A stretch of DNA of 64,000 nt from Spirochaetia bacterium (GCA_963677925.2 CAXXYH010000004.1:2464001-2528000); one strand, 5' to 3'; positions 11,401 to 19,851 are shown, numbered from the stretch's first letter. Notes: generated from the letters alone by a model not told the origin. Translations and numbers: made by a program.

Positions 11401-11630
11401 CTACTGTCCTTGGAATGGTTCCCCTGGCGTTCTTTGGAGGTGAGGGTACCGAATCTATTCAGGCCATTGCCCAGACCATTGTAGGCGGATTATCAGGCAG
11501 CATGATTTTTACCCTTTTTGTTATTCCTGCACTGTATTCAATCTTTAATAAGAAGAGAACTTTTTTTAAAAAGAAAAAGAAAGAGCAGAATTCCATGGAC
11601 ATGCTTGCAAACGAGGGAGGTTCCTTATGA
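8454..11630 (+). CDS. AcrB/AcrD/AcrF-family RND efflux permease
   Basis: 1058 aa; GMIVDNSIVILENI, GIVVNNGIVLVD and RLRPVLMTTLTT motifs. Confidence 0.96.
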   Translation: MNITDLSVKRPVTILVVTLLLVGLAVFMVPSLAVEMFPDTDMPVIMIRTTYSGASPEEVEESVTSLLEQQLSNVSGIENITSTSSEGSSSISLEFGYDIDLDDATNDIRDSLERVTSALPDGSGSPQIMKFSASNMPILRLIVTGNETADTLTALAEDTIQPRLERIVGVASAEVSGGETKEVKVDVSLNRLQAYGISLSSVRTALANQDVLLSAGDLTKDGMEYTLRFNETFETLDDMRRTVITNISTQDSTGSVNRSNVVRLEDIADVYMGTEDSSRRVYINGTSSVSIRVMNETDTNTVQIAEAVRAELPSINADLPTGVKLQILYDQTTMISSLLNQVYQNAIQGGILAMIILLLFLRNIKTTLVIGVSIPVSLFITLGAMYFFDLTLNMISLTGLIMGLGMIVDNSIVILENIYKYRERGAKLKPSAILGSREMVTAITASTLTTICVFIPMIIWKDDLEMLGQMFQDMIFTIVISLISSLLVALMLVPALSSHYIKIYSKKQKPLKNKLIIAFDNTFEKGFLAVENAYTKALDFTLRNRALVLTFVSVLLIVSVAKFTTMGIAFQPSSNTDDSVTVSLTMPIGTSIDRTETVLMDMKDIIEEEIEGYENIIVTAGSGGGFGSSSSYKGNIEITLPDVDEQIDNPTSIKQKLRPYLNEVPDATFEFSSGRRFGGSSDPIDIEIISSDLTLAGNTATEIRDLIRELPQIVDPVSSLENGAPEYRIVVDKDRAAAMGLTVTSVASAVNYMVDGSSPVTFWEDGEELDVMVQLQDSDRDSMSDLESLTIVTSSGEEIPLSNIASFVLTVGPEDIDRENEKRVVHVTSDIASGLTATEVLAQVEDYIDSSYVVPDGVSISFGGESEDISRMGGPLIIVLIVAVILVFGVMASLFESFVDPFIIFFSIPLMIIGVVGIYTLMGETFSMFSAVGMVALVGIVVNNGIVLVDYMNLLRNKGIPLMEACHEAARSRLRPVLMTTLTTVLGMVPLAFFGGEGTESIQAIAQTIVGGLSGSMIFTLFVIPALYSIFNKKRTFFKKKKKEQNSMDMLANEGGSL

Positions 11631-11920
11631 TAAGAATTGAAGTTATTGCAAATCAGGCTATAGAAGAAGATGTTATTGCTGCACTTTCTGCAAGTAAAAT
11701 TGGCGACCGTTTTACATATATTGCTCCTGTCTACGGCAGGGGGCGCAACGGACGCCGTGAAGGTTCTGCTGTATGGCCTGAAGAGAATGTTATTTTTATA
11801 GTCTATACAGATGAAGAGAAAAAAGATGATTTCATGGTTTACCTGAATAAAATAAAGACTGATTTTCCTGATGAGGGTCTGCAGTGTTTTATTATTGATA
11901 ATGCTCAGAGGCTTGTCTAG
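11627..11920 (+). CDS. P-II-like transporter-associated protein (PG0541-like)
   Basis: FTYIAPVYGRGRNGRREGSAVWPEEN motif; ATGA overlap with the RND gene. Confidence 0.75.
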   Translation: MIRIEVIANQAIEEDVIAALSASKIGDRFTYIAPVYGRGRNGRREGSAVWPEENVIFIVYTDEEKKDDFMVYLNKIKTDFPDEGLQCFIIDNAQRLV

Positions 11921-11949
11921 GCCTGTCCTGACATGTTTTCAAGTATATT

Positions 11950-11983
11950 AACTGTCCGGAATTTTCCGGACAGTTTTTTTTTT
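11950..11983 (+). terminator. Rho-independent terminator
   Basis: AACTGTCCGGAA-TT-TTCCGGACAGTT followed by a long T-run. Confidence 0.9.
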
Positions 11984-12210
11984 ACGAATGTGTAGGATTG
12001 TTTGTATGAACATTCAAAATTAAGCGGTTCGGACTTAAAGGGGTGTAATTGTTTTCCTGAACATTTTAACAGATGGATAAACTAAAATCCAATTATCAGT
12101 GAATCATATGTTTGTTATGAAAATATCATAATCATAACAGTCTGGACTATGCAATTCAGCACATTTATAATACAGTCATTCATCTTTGATCTATGAAAAA
12201 TACCCATAAA

Positions 12211-12255
12211 ACTACATTTATGTAGTAAAAGCAGGGTGAAAATTACATTTATGTA
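12211..12255. promoter_or_regulatory. Tandem inverted-repeat sites TACATTTATGTA (candidate sigma54 enhancer/UAS)
   Basis: Identical 12-mers (TACAT-TT-ATGTA) at 12213-12224 and 12244-12255, 31 bp apart and about 80-120 bp upstream of a -24/-12 promoter. Confidence 0.7.
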
Positions 12256-12329
12256 GGCTTTATCGGCGTTTTTGACCCTATAAACGGTGAATAAAGCAGT
12301 TATCCCATGACTATTTTACTGAATATGAC

Positions 12330-12346
12330 TTGGCACATATATTGCT
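12330..12346 (+). promoter_or_regulatory. sigma54 (RpoN) -24/-12 promoter
   Basis: TTGGCACATATATTGCT: GG at 12332 and GC at 12344 (GG-N10-GC), near-consensus. Confidence 0.85.
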
Positions 12347-12509
12347 TTAATTAGGCAAACAAATATGAGAGGGAATTAACAGAATGAAAACAAATCATTA
12401 CAGAAAACCGTGAGATTCGGCGTGTTTTTACAGCCCATCCAGGAGGATGTGCAATGCCCGGGCAGAATGTGCTTGCCGGGGTAATTCAACTTTAAAGAGG
12501 TAAAACGGT

Positions 12510-13496
12510 TTGAATATGAAGTTTATTCTCCGGAAACTGTTGGCATCTTTGCTAACGCTTCTGGTCATTACATTCGTAAATTTTGTAATTTTCCGAATGG
12601 CGCCTGGAGATCCTGTCAGGCTGATGTTTAAGGACCCCAGAGTTTCAATTGAAGATATCGAGGCTATGAAAGTAAAATTTGGACTCGATAAACCTATTCC
12701 CGGTCAGTATGTTGACTATATGAAAAACCTGCTTAAAGGAGATATGGGAATCTCATTTTGGCAGAAGAAACCGGTATCAGAGGTTATTGCTGCACGAATA
12801 CCGCAGACTCTGATGCTGATTGGGACGGCCTTGTTTCTTGCCGTTGTGATAGGGACTATTTTCGGTGCAATTGCCGGATGGAAAGGAGGTTCGAGGACAG
12901 ACTCGACGATTGTCGGGGTCTCGATGACTCTGTATTCGGTTCCAAGTTTCGCATTCGGTATTCTTCTGATGCTGGGGCTTGCATATCATCTTGCGATTTT
13001 CCCGCTGGGCGGAATTGAAACCCCTGCCTCCGGCTACACTGGAATACGGCGGTGGCTTGATATTGCCTGGCATATGGTTCTTCCATCCTTCTCGATTGTT
13101 TTATGGTATATAGGACAGTATATAATTATCACAAGATCATCCATGAAGGATGTTCTAAGTCAGCCCTTTATTATGACTGCAAGGTCGAAGGGCGTTCGTG
13201 AAAAAGTTATCCTCAGCAAGCATGCCCTGAGAAATGCCTTCCTTCCGCTCATTACAATCACCGGTGTAAATATAGCCTTTATGACCGGCGGTATTATTGA
13301 GGCAGAAACTGTATTTTCATGGCCTGGTCTTGGAAGACTGCTTTATGACGCGGTTATGAAACGAGATTATCCGCTTCTTCAGGGATGTTTTATGGTTTTC
13401 GCTATTGCAGTAGTTGTACTGAACTTTGCAGTCGATTTACTTTACAGCAGAGTTGATCCACGCGTTAGAATCGGAGGTATGAGCGATGAACATTAA
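12510..13496 (+). CDS. dppB: Dpp/Opp/Nik-family ABC permease 1
   Basis: APGDPV, FGLDKP, TARSKGV..HALRNA EAA loop, ETVFSWPGLGRL, RDYPLLQG. Confidence 0.9.
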   Translation: MNMKFILRKLLASLLTLLVITFVNFVIFRMAPGDPVRLMFKDPRVSIEDIEAMKVKFGLDKPIPGQYVDYMKNLLKGDMGISFWQKKPVSEVIAARIPQTLMLIGTALFLAVVIGTIFGAIAGWKGGSRTDSTIVGVSMTLYSVPSFAFGILLMLGLAYHLAIFPLGGIETPASGYTGIRRWLDIAWHMVLPSFSIVLWYIGQYIIITRSSMKDVLSQPFIMTARSKGVREKVILSKHALRNAFLPLITITGVNIAFMTGGIIEAETVFSWPGLGRLLYDAVMKRDYPLLQGCFMVFAIAVVVLNFAVDLLYSRVDPRVRIGGMSDEH

Positions 13497-14367
13497 AAGT
13501 TATAAACTAGAGAAGACCAGAAACTTTGTTCAAATGTTCTTTTCTCATCGAATGGGACTCTGGGGATTTATAATTTTCAGTCTGTTTATTGTAATGGCGC
13601 TTTTCGCTCCCTTTCTTGGAACTGTTGATCCCCACCAGTCGGGTGATGTTGATAAAATCCTGCTCAGTCCCAATGCTAATGCATGGCTTGGAACGGATGA
13701 TCTTGCACGGGATGTCTGGAGTCAGGTTATTTACGGCAGCCGGATATCACTTACAATCGGTTTTATAACAGCAATTATTACAGTTATAACAGGAACCATA
13801 GTAGGTATGGTTGCAGGCTTCAAAGGCGGTGTTGTAGATGAAATCCTGATGAGGGTTGTAGACTTCTTTATGATGCTTCCCCAGCTCCCGCTGATGATTG
13901 TACTTGCAGCGGTTATGGGTGCCAGTATATGGAATATTGTAATAGTAATCAGTATTGTCAGCTGGCCGTCAACTGCAAGACTTGTACGCTCGCAGGTGCT
14001 TTCTCTTAAGGAACGGCCCTTTGTAGAAGCTGCAAGATGTCTAGGCGCAGGTGATGCGACCATGATGCTTCGTGAAATACTGCCTAATGTTATCCCGGTA
14101 ATGTTTGCGCAGGCCGTTCTGATGGTTACAGAAACAATCTATGCCGAAGCAGTTTTAAGCTTTCTCGGGCTCGGAGATCCGACAAAGATAAGCTGGGGAA
14201 CAATGCTGCATTTCTGTTTTGAGTCAGGAGCCATGGCAAGAGCGGTCTGGTGGGTCCTTCCCCCGATTGCATGTATTGTAGGCTTGATAATCAGTTTCTC
14301 CTTTCTGGGAACTTCAGTTACAGATATTCTGACACCCGGTTATAAAGAGAAAATGGGATATTCGTGA
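13486..14367 (+). CDS. dppC: Dpp/Opp/Nik-family ABC permease 2
   Basis: WLGTDDLARD, GSRISL, FVEAARCLGA, LSFLGLG. Confidence 0.9.
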   Translation: MNIKSYKLEKTRNFVQMFFSHRMGLWGFIIFSLFIVMALFAPFLGTVDPHQSGDVDKILLSPNANAWLGTDDLARDVWSQVIYGSRISLTIGFITAIITVITGTIVGMVAGFKGGVVDEILMRVVDFFMMLPQLPLMIVLAAVMGASIWNIVIVISIVSWPSTARLVRSQVLSLKERPFVEAARCLGAGDATMMLREILPNVIPVMFAQAVLMVTETIYAEAVLSFLGLGDPTKISWGTMLHFCFESGAMARAVWWVLPPIACIVGLIISFSFLGTSVTDILTPGYKEKMGYS

Positions 14368-14376
14368 GGTACCTGA

Positions 14377-15336
14377 ATGAACTTACTTGAAGTAAAAGAC
14401 CTTTGTGTTGACTATGAAATGAAGAAAGGCACTGCAAGGGCTGTAAATAATGTTAATTTTGAATTGAAGAAGGGTGAAACCTTCGGATTAATTGGAGAAT
14501 CGGGCTGTGGTAAAACAACAACAGCTATGGCTTTGATGGGCTTTGTTTCTCCTCCCGGAAGGATAAGTCAGGGTTCGGTTGAGTTTAAAGGCGAGGATAT
14601 AAGAACTTATTCAAAGGAAAAGATGCGTCAGCTGCGCGGTAATTCTATTTCGATAGTAAGACAGGAAGCACAGAACGCACTAAATCCTGTTTTAACTATC
14701 GGTGATCAGATTGCAGAGGTTCTGAAGGAGCATGGTGTTACAAACCAGTCTGAGGTTGATGCGAGGGTGAAAAAGCAGCTTGAAATGGTCGGTATCACAC
14801 CGGACCGTAAAAACAGCTATCCCTTCGAGTTCAGCGGCGGTATGAGGCAGAGAGTAATGATCGCTCTTGCAGCTATATGTGAGCCTGATCTGATGATCCT
14901 TGATGAGCCTATCACCGGTTTGGATGTTATTGTTCAGAGACAGCTTTTAACTCTTCTTACAGATCTTCGAAAAAAGATGAATCTGACAGCACTGCTTATA
15001 GCACATGACCTTGCAGTCATTGCTGAGATGTGTGACAGGGTTGCTGTTATGTACGGCGGATATATAGTTGAGAATGCTGAAGTAGCAAAACTGTATGAGG
15101 AGCCGAAGCATCCTTACAGCAAGGCTTTGATTGAGTCCTATCCGAAAATTACCGGTGAGAAGAAGGAGCTTAAGAGTATTCCGGGAGCGCCTCCAAAGCT
15201 GCTTGAGAAACCGGACGGCTGTCTCTTTGCGGACAGATGTCCTCAGGCTATGCCTGTCTGCCGTAAAACTGTACCTGAATTGATTGATGTAGACGGCAGC
15301 CAGGTTAGATGTCATCTGTACGGAGGGAATAAATGA
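14377..15336 (+). CDS. dppD: Dpp/Opp ABC ATP-binding protein
   Basis: GESGCGKT, FSGGMRQR, DEP, HPYS and the C-terminal Cys motif (GCLFADRC..C..CH). Confidence 0.92.
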   Translation: MNLLEVKDLCVDYEMKKGTARAVNNVNFELKKGETFGLIGESGCGKTTTAMALMGFVSPPGRISQGSVEFKGEDIRTYSKEKMRQLRGNSISIVRQEAQNALNPVLTIGDQIAEVLKEHGVTNQSEVDARVKKQLEMVGITPDRKNSYPFEFSGGMRQRVMIALAAICEPDLMILDEPITGLDVIVQRQLLTLLTDLRKKMNLTALLIAHDLAVIAEMCDRVAVMYGGYIVENAEVAKLYEEPKHPYSKALIESYPKITGEKKELKSIPGAPPKLLEKPDGCLFADRCPQAMPVCRKTVPELIDVDGSQVRCHLYGGNK

Positions 15337-16340
15337 GCGACGCTGTGAATATACTTGAGGTCAGAGACCTGAAAAAATATTTCCCGCTGAAAAAAGAGAA
15401 TATTTTCTCGAAAAAGCCTCGAAAGATACTCAAGGCGGTAGACGGGCTTAACTTTTCGGTAGGAAAGGGTGAAATACTTGGATTTGTTGGAGAGTCCGGC
15501 TGCGGTAAATCAACAATGAGCCGTTCAATTATTCAGCTAATACAGCCGACATCCGGTAATGTAATTCATGATGGAGTTGATCTTACAACACTGTCAAAGC
15601 CTGAAATGAGAGCCCGGAGAAAAAGTATACAGATGATCTTTCAGGATCCTTTCGGCTCCCTTAATCCGAGAAGATCTGTATCTGAAACTCTCCGGATGGT
15701 TTTGAAAATTCATGATGTATGTAAGACTCAGGAAGAAGAGGATCAGCTGATATATAATGTTCTTGAAGAAGTAGGGCTTACTCCGGTTGAAACCTTCTGG
15801 GACAAATTTCCGGCAATGATGAGCGGAGGTCAGCTTCAGCGTGTGAGTATGGCAAGGGTTCTGATGCTCAGACCTGATTTTATAATAGCAGATGAGCCTG
15901 TATCCATGCTTGATGTATCAGTACGTATCGGTGTTCTGGATCTTCTTTTACGGATGAGAGATAAATATAAGATATCTTTCATTTACATTACACATGACCT
16001 TGCTACTGCCAGATATGTCTGCGACAGAATTGCAATAATGTACCTTGGTAGAATTGTTGAGATGGGCCCGACAGAAGAGATTCTGCATAATCCAAAGCAT
16101 CCATATACAAAAGCTTTGATTGCGGCTGTTCCTGAACCGGATCCTACCCGTGAAAAGCTTGAACTTCCTATCAAGGAATGGACCAAGGATTCCTATATTG
16201 AGAATGATAATGCCTGTCTGTTCTTTCCCAGATGTCCGGAAGGCCGTGAAGTCTGCCGTCATAAAAAGCCGGAGATGATTGATATTGTCAAAGGGCATAC
16301 AGCTGCCTGTCATGCAGTGCATAAAGACAGCGAGTACTGA
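15333..16340 (+). CDS. dppF: Dpp/Opp ABC ATP-binding protein
   Basis: GESGCGKS, QMIFQDPFGSLNPR, MSGGQLQR, HPYTKAL and C-terminal Cys motif. Confidence 0.92.
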   Translation: MSDAVNILEVRDLKKYFPLKKENIFSKKPRKILKAVDGLNFSVGKGEILGFVGESGCGKSTMSRSIIQLIQPTSGNVIHDGVDLTTLSKPEMRARRKSIQMIFQDPFGSLNPRRSVSETLRMVLKIHDVCKTQEEEDQLIYNVLEEVGLTPVETFWDKFPAMMSGGQLQRVSMARVLMLRPDFIIADEPVSMLDVSVRIGVLDLLLRMRDKYKISFIYITHDLATARYVCDRIAIMYLGRIVEMGPTEEILHNPKHPYTKALIAAVPEPDPTREKLELPIKEWTKDSYIENDNACLFFPRCPEGREVCRHKKPEMIDIVKGHTAACHAVHKDSEY

Positions 16341-16360
16341 TTCTGATATAATAAACCAAT

Positions 16361-16383
16361 GGCCGGGATCGCCCGGCTTTTTT
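16361..16383 (+). terminator. Rho-independent terminator
   Basis: GGCCGGG-ATCG-CCCGGC followed by TTTTTT. Confidence 0.85.
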
Positions 16384-16417
16384 ATTTTATGATAAATATC
16401 AGGGATGCAATTTTACT

Positions 16418-17632
16418 ATGAGAAAGCCGTCTTCTTTGTTTGAACGGGACAGAATAGAAGAACTTAAGATAATTACAAATTTTCAACCTCTCTATTCGGT
16501 AACGGAAAAGAAATATATAGGCGTTGAAGCTCTTTCCCGTGCCGATTACAGGGGTGATTTTCTGTCTGCAGGTCAGCTGTTTTCAATTCCATCAACCGAA
16601 AATGAGAAACTGTCCCTGAATATGAAATGCATTTATTCTGCAATAAACACTTTTAAAAAGCAGAAGTACTCTGAGGAGTACACAATGTTTCTTAACTTTG
16701 ATTCATCCATCCTGGACAGCGGTTTGATTGAGGAATCTCATTTTGTTAATGTTGATCGGATTGGTGTTAATCCGAACCAGATTGTTATTGAACTTATAGA
16801 ATCCAATGTTGCTGATTTCGATCTTCTGATTAAATTTGTAAACTTCTACCGTGAAAACGGTTTTTTGATTGCGCTCGATGATGTCGGTGCAGGGTATTCG
16901 GGTCTGGACAGAATCGTGAAGATTAAACCGGATATTATTAAAATTGACCGTTCTCTGGTTAATGGTGTTTCAAAGGAATATCATAAAAGGGAAGTCTGCA
17001 GAGCTCTGGTTGAGCTTACACATAATATCGGAGCGCTTTCTCTTTCTGAAGGAGTGGAAACTCTTGAGGATGCAATAGAATGTCAGCAGCTGGGAACTGA
17101 TCTAATACAGGGATATTTCTTTTCAAAGCCACTTTCTCGGCTTCCTTCCCCATATGAAAGCAGTGAACAGGGTGATCAGCTGGTTACCGCTTGGAGAACT
17201 AAGGTTGAGTTCAAACAGAAAATATTGACACATAATATAAAGAGCATAAAATCCAGAGCTTCTGAGATTACGGAAAGCCTGGAAAGTAAGGATCCGGCAG
17301 AAGCAGGCTGTATTTTACTGGCGTATCTTGATTGTTCATCTGATATTGAATGCATGTATATTCTGAATGAGAAGGGTATTCAGGTATCTGAAACTTTTAT
17401 TAACCCTGAAGTGAGCAGAAAAACACATTCCCTTTTTCAGCCGGCCAGGTTGGGGACGGACCATTCACTGAAGCACTATTTTCAGAAGCGGCTCAGGAAT
17501 CAGAAGCATTATATATCAGACCCTTACATATCCAGAGCAACAGGAAATTTCTGCAGAACTATATCATGCAGCTGGCATGATGGTTCAGCCGCAGAATATT
17601 ATCTGTGCCTCGATATTTCCCATTCTTATTAA
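16418..17632 (+). CDS. EAL-domain c-di-GMP phosphodiesterase with C-terminal PDC/Cache-like domain (YkuI-like)
   Basis: FQP..EALSR, FLNF, IELIES, ALDDVGAGYSGL, IKID, EGVE, QGYFFSKP; C-terminal YISDPYISRATGNFCRTIS. Confidence 0.88.
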   Translation: MRKPSSLFERDRIEELKIITNFQPLYSVTEKKYIGVEALSRADYRGDFLSAGQLFSIPSTENEKLSLNMKCIYSAINTFKKQKYSEEYTMFLNFDSSILDSGLIEESHFVNVDRIGVNPNQIVIELIESNVADFDLLIKFVNFYRENGFLIALDDVGAGYSGLDRIVKIKPDIIKIDRSLVNGVSKEYHKREVCRALVELTHNIGALSLSEGVETLEDAIECQQLGTDLIQGYFFSKPLSRLPSPYESSEQGDQLVTAWRTKVEFKQKILTHNIKSIKSRASEITESLESKDPAEAGCILLAYLDCSSDIECMYILNEKGIQVSETFINPEVSRKTHSLFQPARLGTDHSLKHYFQKRLRNQKHYISDPYISRATGNFCRTISCSWHDGSAAEYYLCLDISHSY

Positions 17633-17686
17633 TAATTCAGATATTTTACTCATAACCCGGGTGCGGGAGCTGCACTTTCAGCGGAG

Positions 17687-17833
17687 CTATAAGCTCTGCA
17701 TAAGAAAGAGCAGATCGTTATATTGTTTTTCAAGCATTAGCAAACGTTTGCTCTCCACGTTCTCTGAGAAGAAGATTTTAAGTCTTAAGTTTATTATGGC
17801 CTTTTTTAAGCAGGTTCTCTGTTCTATAGTCAT
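17687..17833 (-). CDS. Putative 48-aa small protein
   Basis: Manual translation MTIEQRTCLKKAIINLRLKIFFSENVESKRLLMLEKQYNDLLFLMQSL; AGGA just upstream; below the ORF-track cut-off. Confidence 0.35.
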   Translation of the reverse strand: MTIEQRTCLKKAIINLRLKIFFSENVESKRLLMLEKQYNDLLFLMQSL

Positions 17834-18025
17834 ATCATTTCCTGATGACTAATCAAGCCATCCAGAGAATATACATTCTTTTTATCAAAAATCTATAAAA
17901 ACAGTGTAAATTGGATGTAAATTCAGTAAAATCTGCTTTTAAACCTTTAAAAGCCTCCATTTATAACAGTATTTATCCGGGACAATCAGAATTGGATTAT
18001 GGAATATCATTTATTGACATCAGGA

Positions 18026-18054
18026 TTGACAGCAGAAAAAATGACACTTACCAT
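18026..18054 (+). promoter_or_regulatory. sigma70-type promoter
   Basis: TTGACA(18026-31)-17 bp-TACCAT(18049-54). Confidence 0.75.
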
Positions 18055-18197
18055 CTGTCTATAACAGCACAACCCTTCCGTTTCTATTGAAACAGTGCTG
18101 TTGCCATGGATGAATAAGAGCAATTGGGAGATATGCAGTTGTATATCTCCCATACCTTTCAACCAGAATAAATTACCTTAAATACGGAGGAAATTAG

Positions 18198-19775
18198 ATG
18201 GGTATTGGAACATATGAACAGTACAAAGAACGACTTCTCAAGATGAAGCCAAATGTATATTTACATGGTGAGAAAGTAGACAGATCAGGCGATTGGATTG
18301 ACGGCGGAACATACGTTATGAAGCAGACTTATGACTGTGCTAACGATCCTGATTACGAAGATCTCTGTACTGCGACTTCACACCTTACAGGTGAAAAAAT
18401 CAGCCGATGGACTCACATTCACAGAACCCAGGACGACCTTTTCAAAAAGCAGCTCATGACCAGGGTTATGTGTCACAGAGTAGGCGGATGTACACAGAGA
18501 TGTATGGGGACAGATGCACTCAACGCTCTTGCTGTTGTAACATATGATATGGATCAGGCTTGCGGAACCAAGTACCACGAGAGATTCAACAAGTACCTTG
18601 AGTACTCACAGAAGAACGACCTTGTTGCTAACTGTGCTCAGACTGATGTTAAGGGATCAAGAAATCCAAAGTACAAGAGAGCTCATATGCAGCCGGATCC
18701 GGATCAGTTTGTACATGTTGTTGAGACAAATGTAGACGGTATCGGTCTTGACGGAAAGCCCTGTAAGGGTATGATCGTTCGCGGTGCAAAGATTTGTAAC
18801 TCAAACGCTCCTTACGTTGATGAGATTATTGTAACTCCCACAAAGTTTATGGGATCAGGTGATGAAGCATATGCCTGTGCATTTGCTCTTCCTGCAGACT
18901 GGCCCGGCGTTAAGCTGATGGCTCTTCCAGGAAAGCATCATAAGAGAAAGCATATCGAAGCTCCTTTTGCACTCGTAGGTGATGTTGAATCACTAACAAT
19001 CTTTGATGACACTTTCGTACCTGAAGACAGAATCTTCATGAACGGTCTTGATCAGCCGGATGTTCTTCAGTATGCAGGTTACCTTGCACTGATGTTTGCT
19101 CACTTCCACAGACATTCATACACAGGTTGTAAGACTGCTGTATCGGAAGTTATTGCAGCACAGGCGGCACTTGTAGCTGATGTTAACGATATTGCAAAAG
19201 AGCACCACGTAAGAGAGAAGATTTCTGACATCGTCGGTACTGCTGAGCTCGTTTTTGCAGCGGGTCAGGCTGCAGCCCTCAGAGCTGTTCAGTTTCCTAA
19301 CGGTTCATGGGTTCCGGATGAGGTTCTTACAAACGCAGGTAGAAAGCTTGCTGGTCAGAAGATCTACCACGAGTATGAAACACTTGCAGACCTTACAGGC
19401 GGTATTTCTGCATCACTTCCTACAGAAGAATCTTTCTACGATCCTGAAACTGCAGAACTCTGTAACAAGTACATCATGAGAAATCCTGCCTACACAGCAG
19501 AAGAGACTCACAGGGTTATGAGAATGATGGAAAACAAGCTTTGTGATGCATTCGAAGGCGCACAGGCTGTAGCCGGTGTTCACGGCGGCGGTTCACCACT
19601 TATGGAAACTATCGTTATGATGGCAAGATATGACCTTGAAGCTCTTAAAGATATTGCAAAATACCTTGCAGGTTTCGAAGGCTACGAAAAGTGTCCGAGA
19701 TACGAAAGAGCAACTGCTACACCAAGAGCTATGCTTGACAGATTCAGAAAAACTGAAATGGGAAAAAAGGCTTAA
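18198..19775 (+). CDS. 4-hydroxybutyryl-CoA dehydratase-like FAD/[4Fe-4S] protein (HpaB/AbfD family)
   Basis: CTQRC and HRHSYTGCK Fe-S ligand motifs, QTDVKG, VRGAK, DLTGG, HGGGSP; GGAGG RBS. Confidence 0.85.
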   Translation: MGIGTYEQYKERLLKMKPNVYLHGEKVDRSGDWIDGGTYVMKQTYDCANDPDYEDLCTATSHLTGEKISRWTHIHRTQDDLFKKQLMTRVMCHRVGGCTQRCMGTDALNALAVVTYDMDQACGTKYHERFNKYLEYSQKNDLVANCAQTDVKGSRNPKYKRAHMQPDPDQFVHVVETNVDGIGLDGKPCKGMIVRGAKICNSNAPYVDEIIVTPTKFMGSGDEAYACAFALPADWPGVKLMALPGKHHKRKHIEAPFALVGDVESLTIFDDTFVPEDRIFMNGLDQPDVLQYAGYLALMFAHFHRHSYTGCKTAVSEVIAAQAALVADVNDIAKEHHVREKISDIVGTAELVFAAGQAAALRAVQFPNGSWVPDEVLTNAGRKLAGQKIYHEYETLADLTGGISASLPTEESFYDPETAELCNKYIMRNPAYTAEETHRVMRMMENKLCDAFEGAQAVAGVHGGGSPLMETIVMMARYDLEALKDIAKYLAGFEGYEKCPRYERATATPRAMLDRFRKTEMGKKA

Positions 19776-19815
19776 TTATAAAGACTTGTTCCTTTTTCAC
19801 AGAGATGTGAATATT

Positions 19816-19851
19816 AAAAAGATCTTCCGAGCAGGAAGATCTTTTTTTTTT
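19816..19851 (+). terminator. Rho-independent terminator
   Basis: AAAAAGATCTTCC-GAGCA-GGAAGATCTTTTTTTTTT. Confidence 0.9.

Noticed and set aside
18198-19775. Annotation as 4-hydroxyphenylacetate 3-monooxygenase (HpaB)
   Set aside because: It retains AbfD-type Fe-S ligands, sits in an anaerobic gene context, and has no flavin reductase partner.
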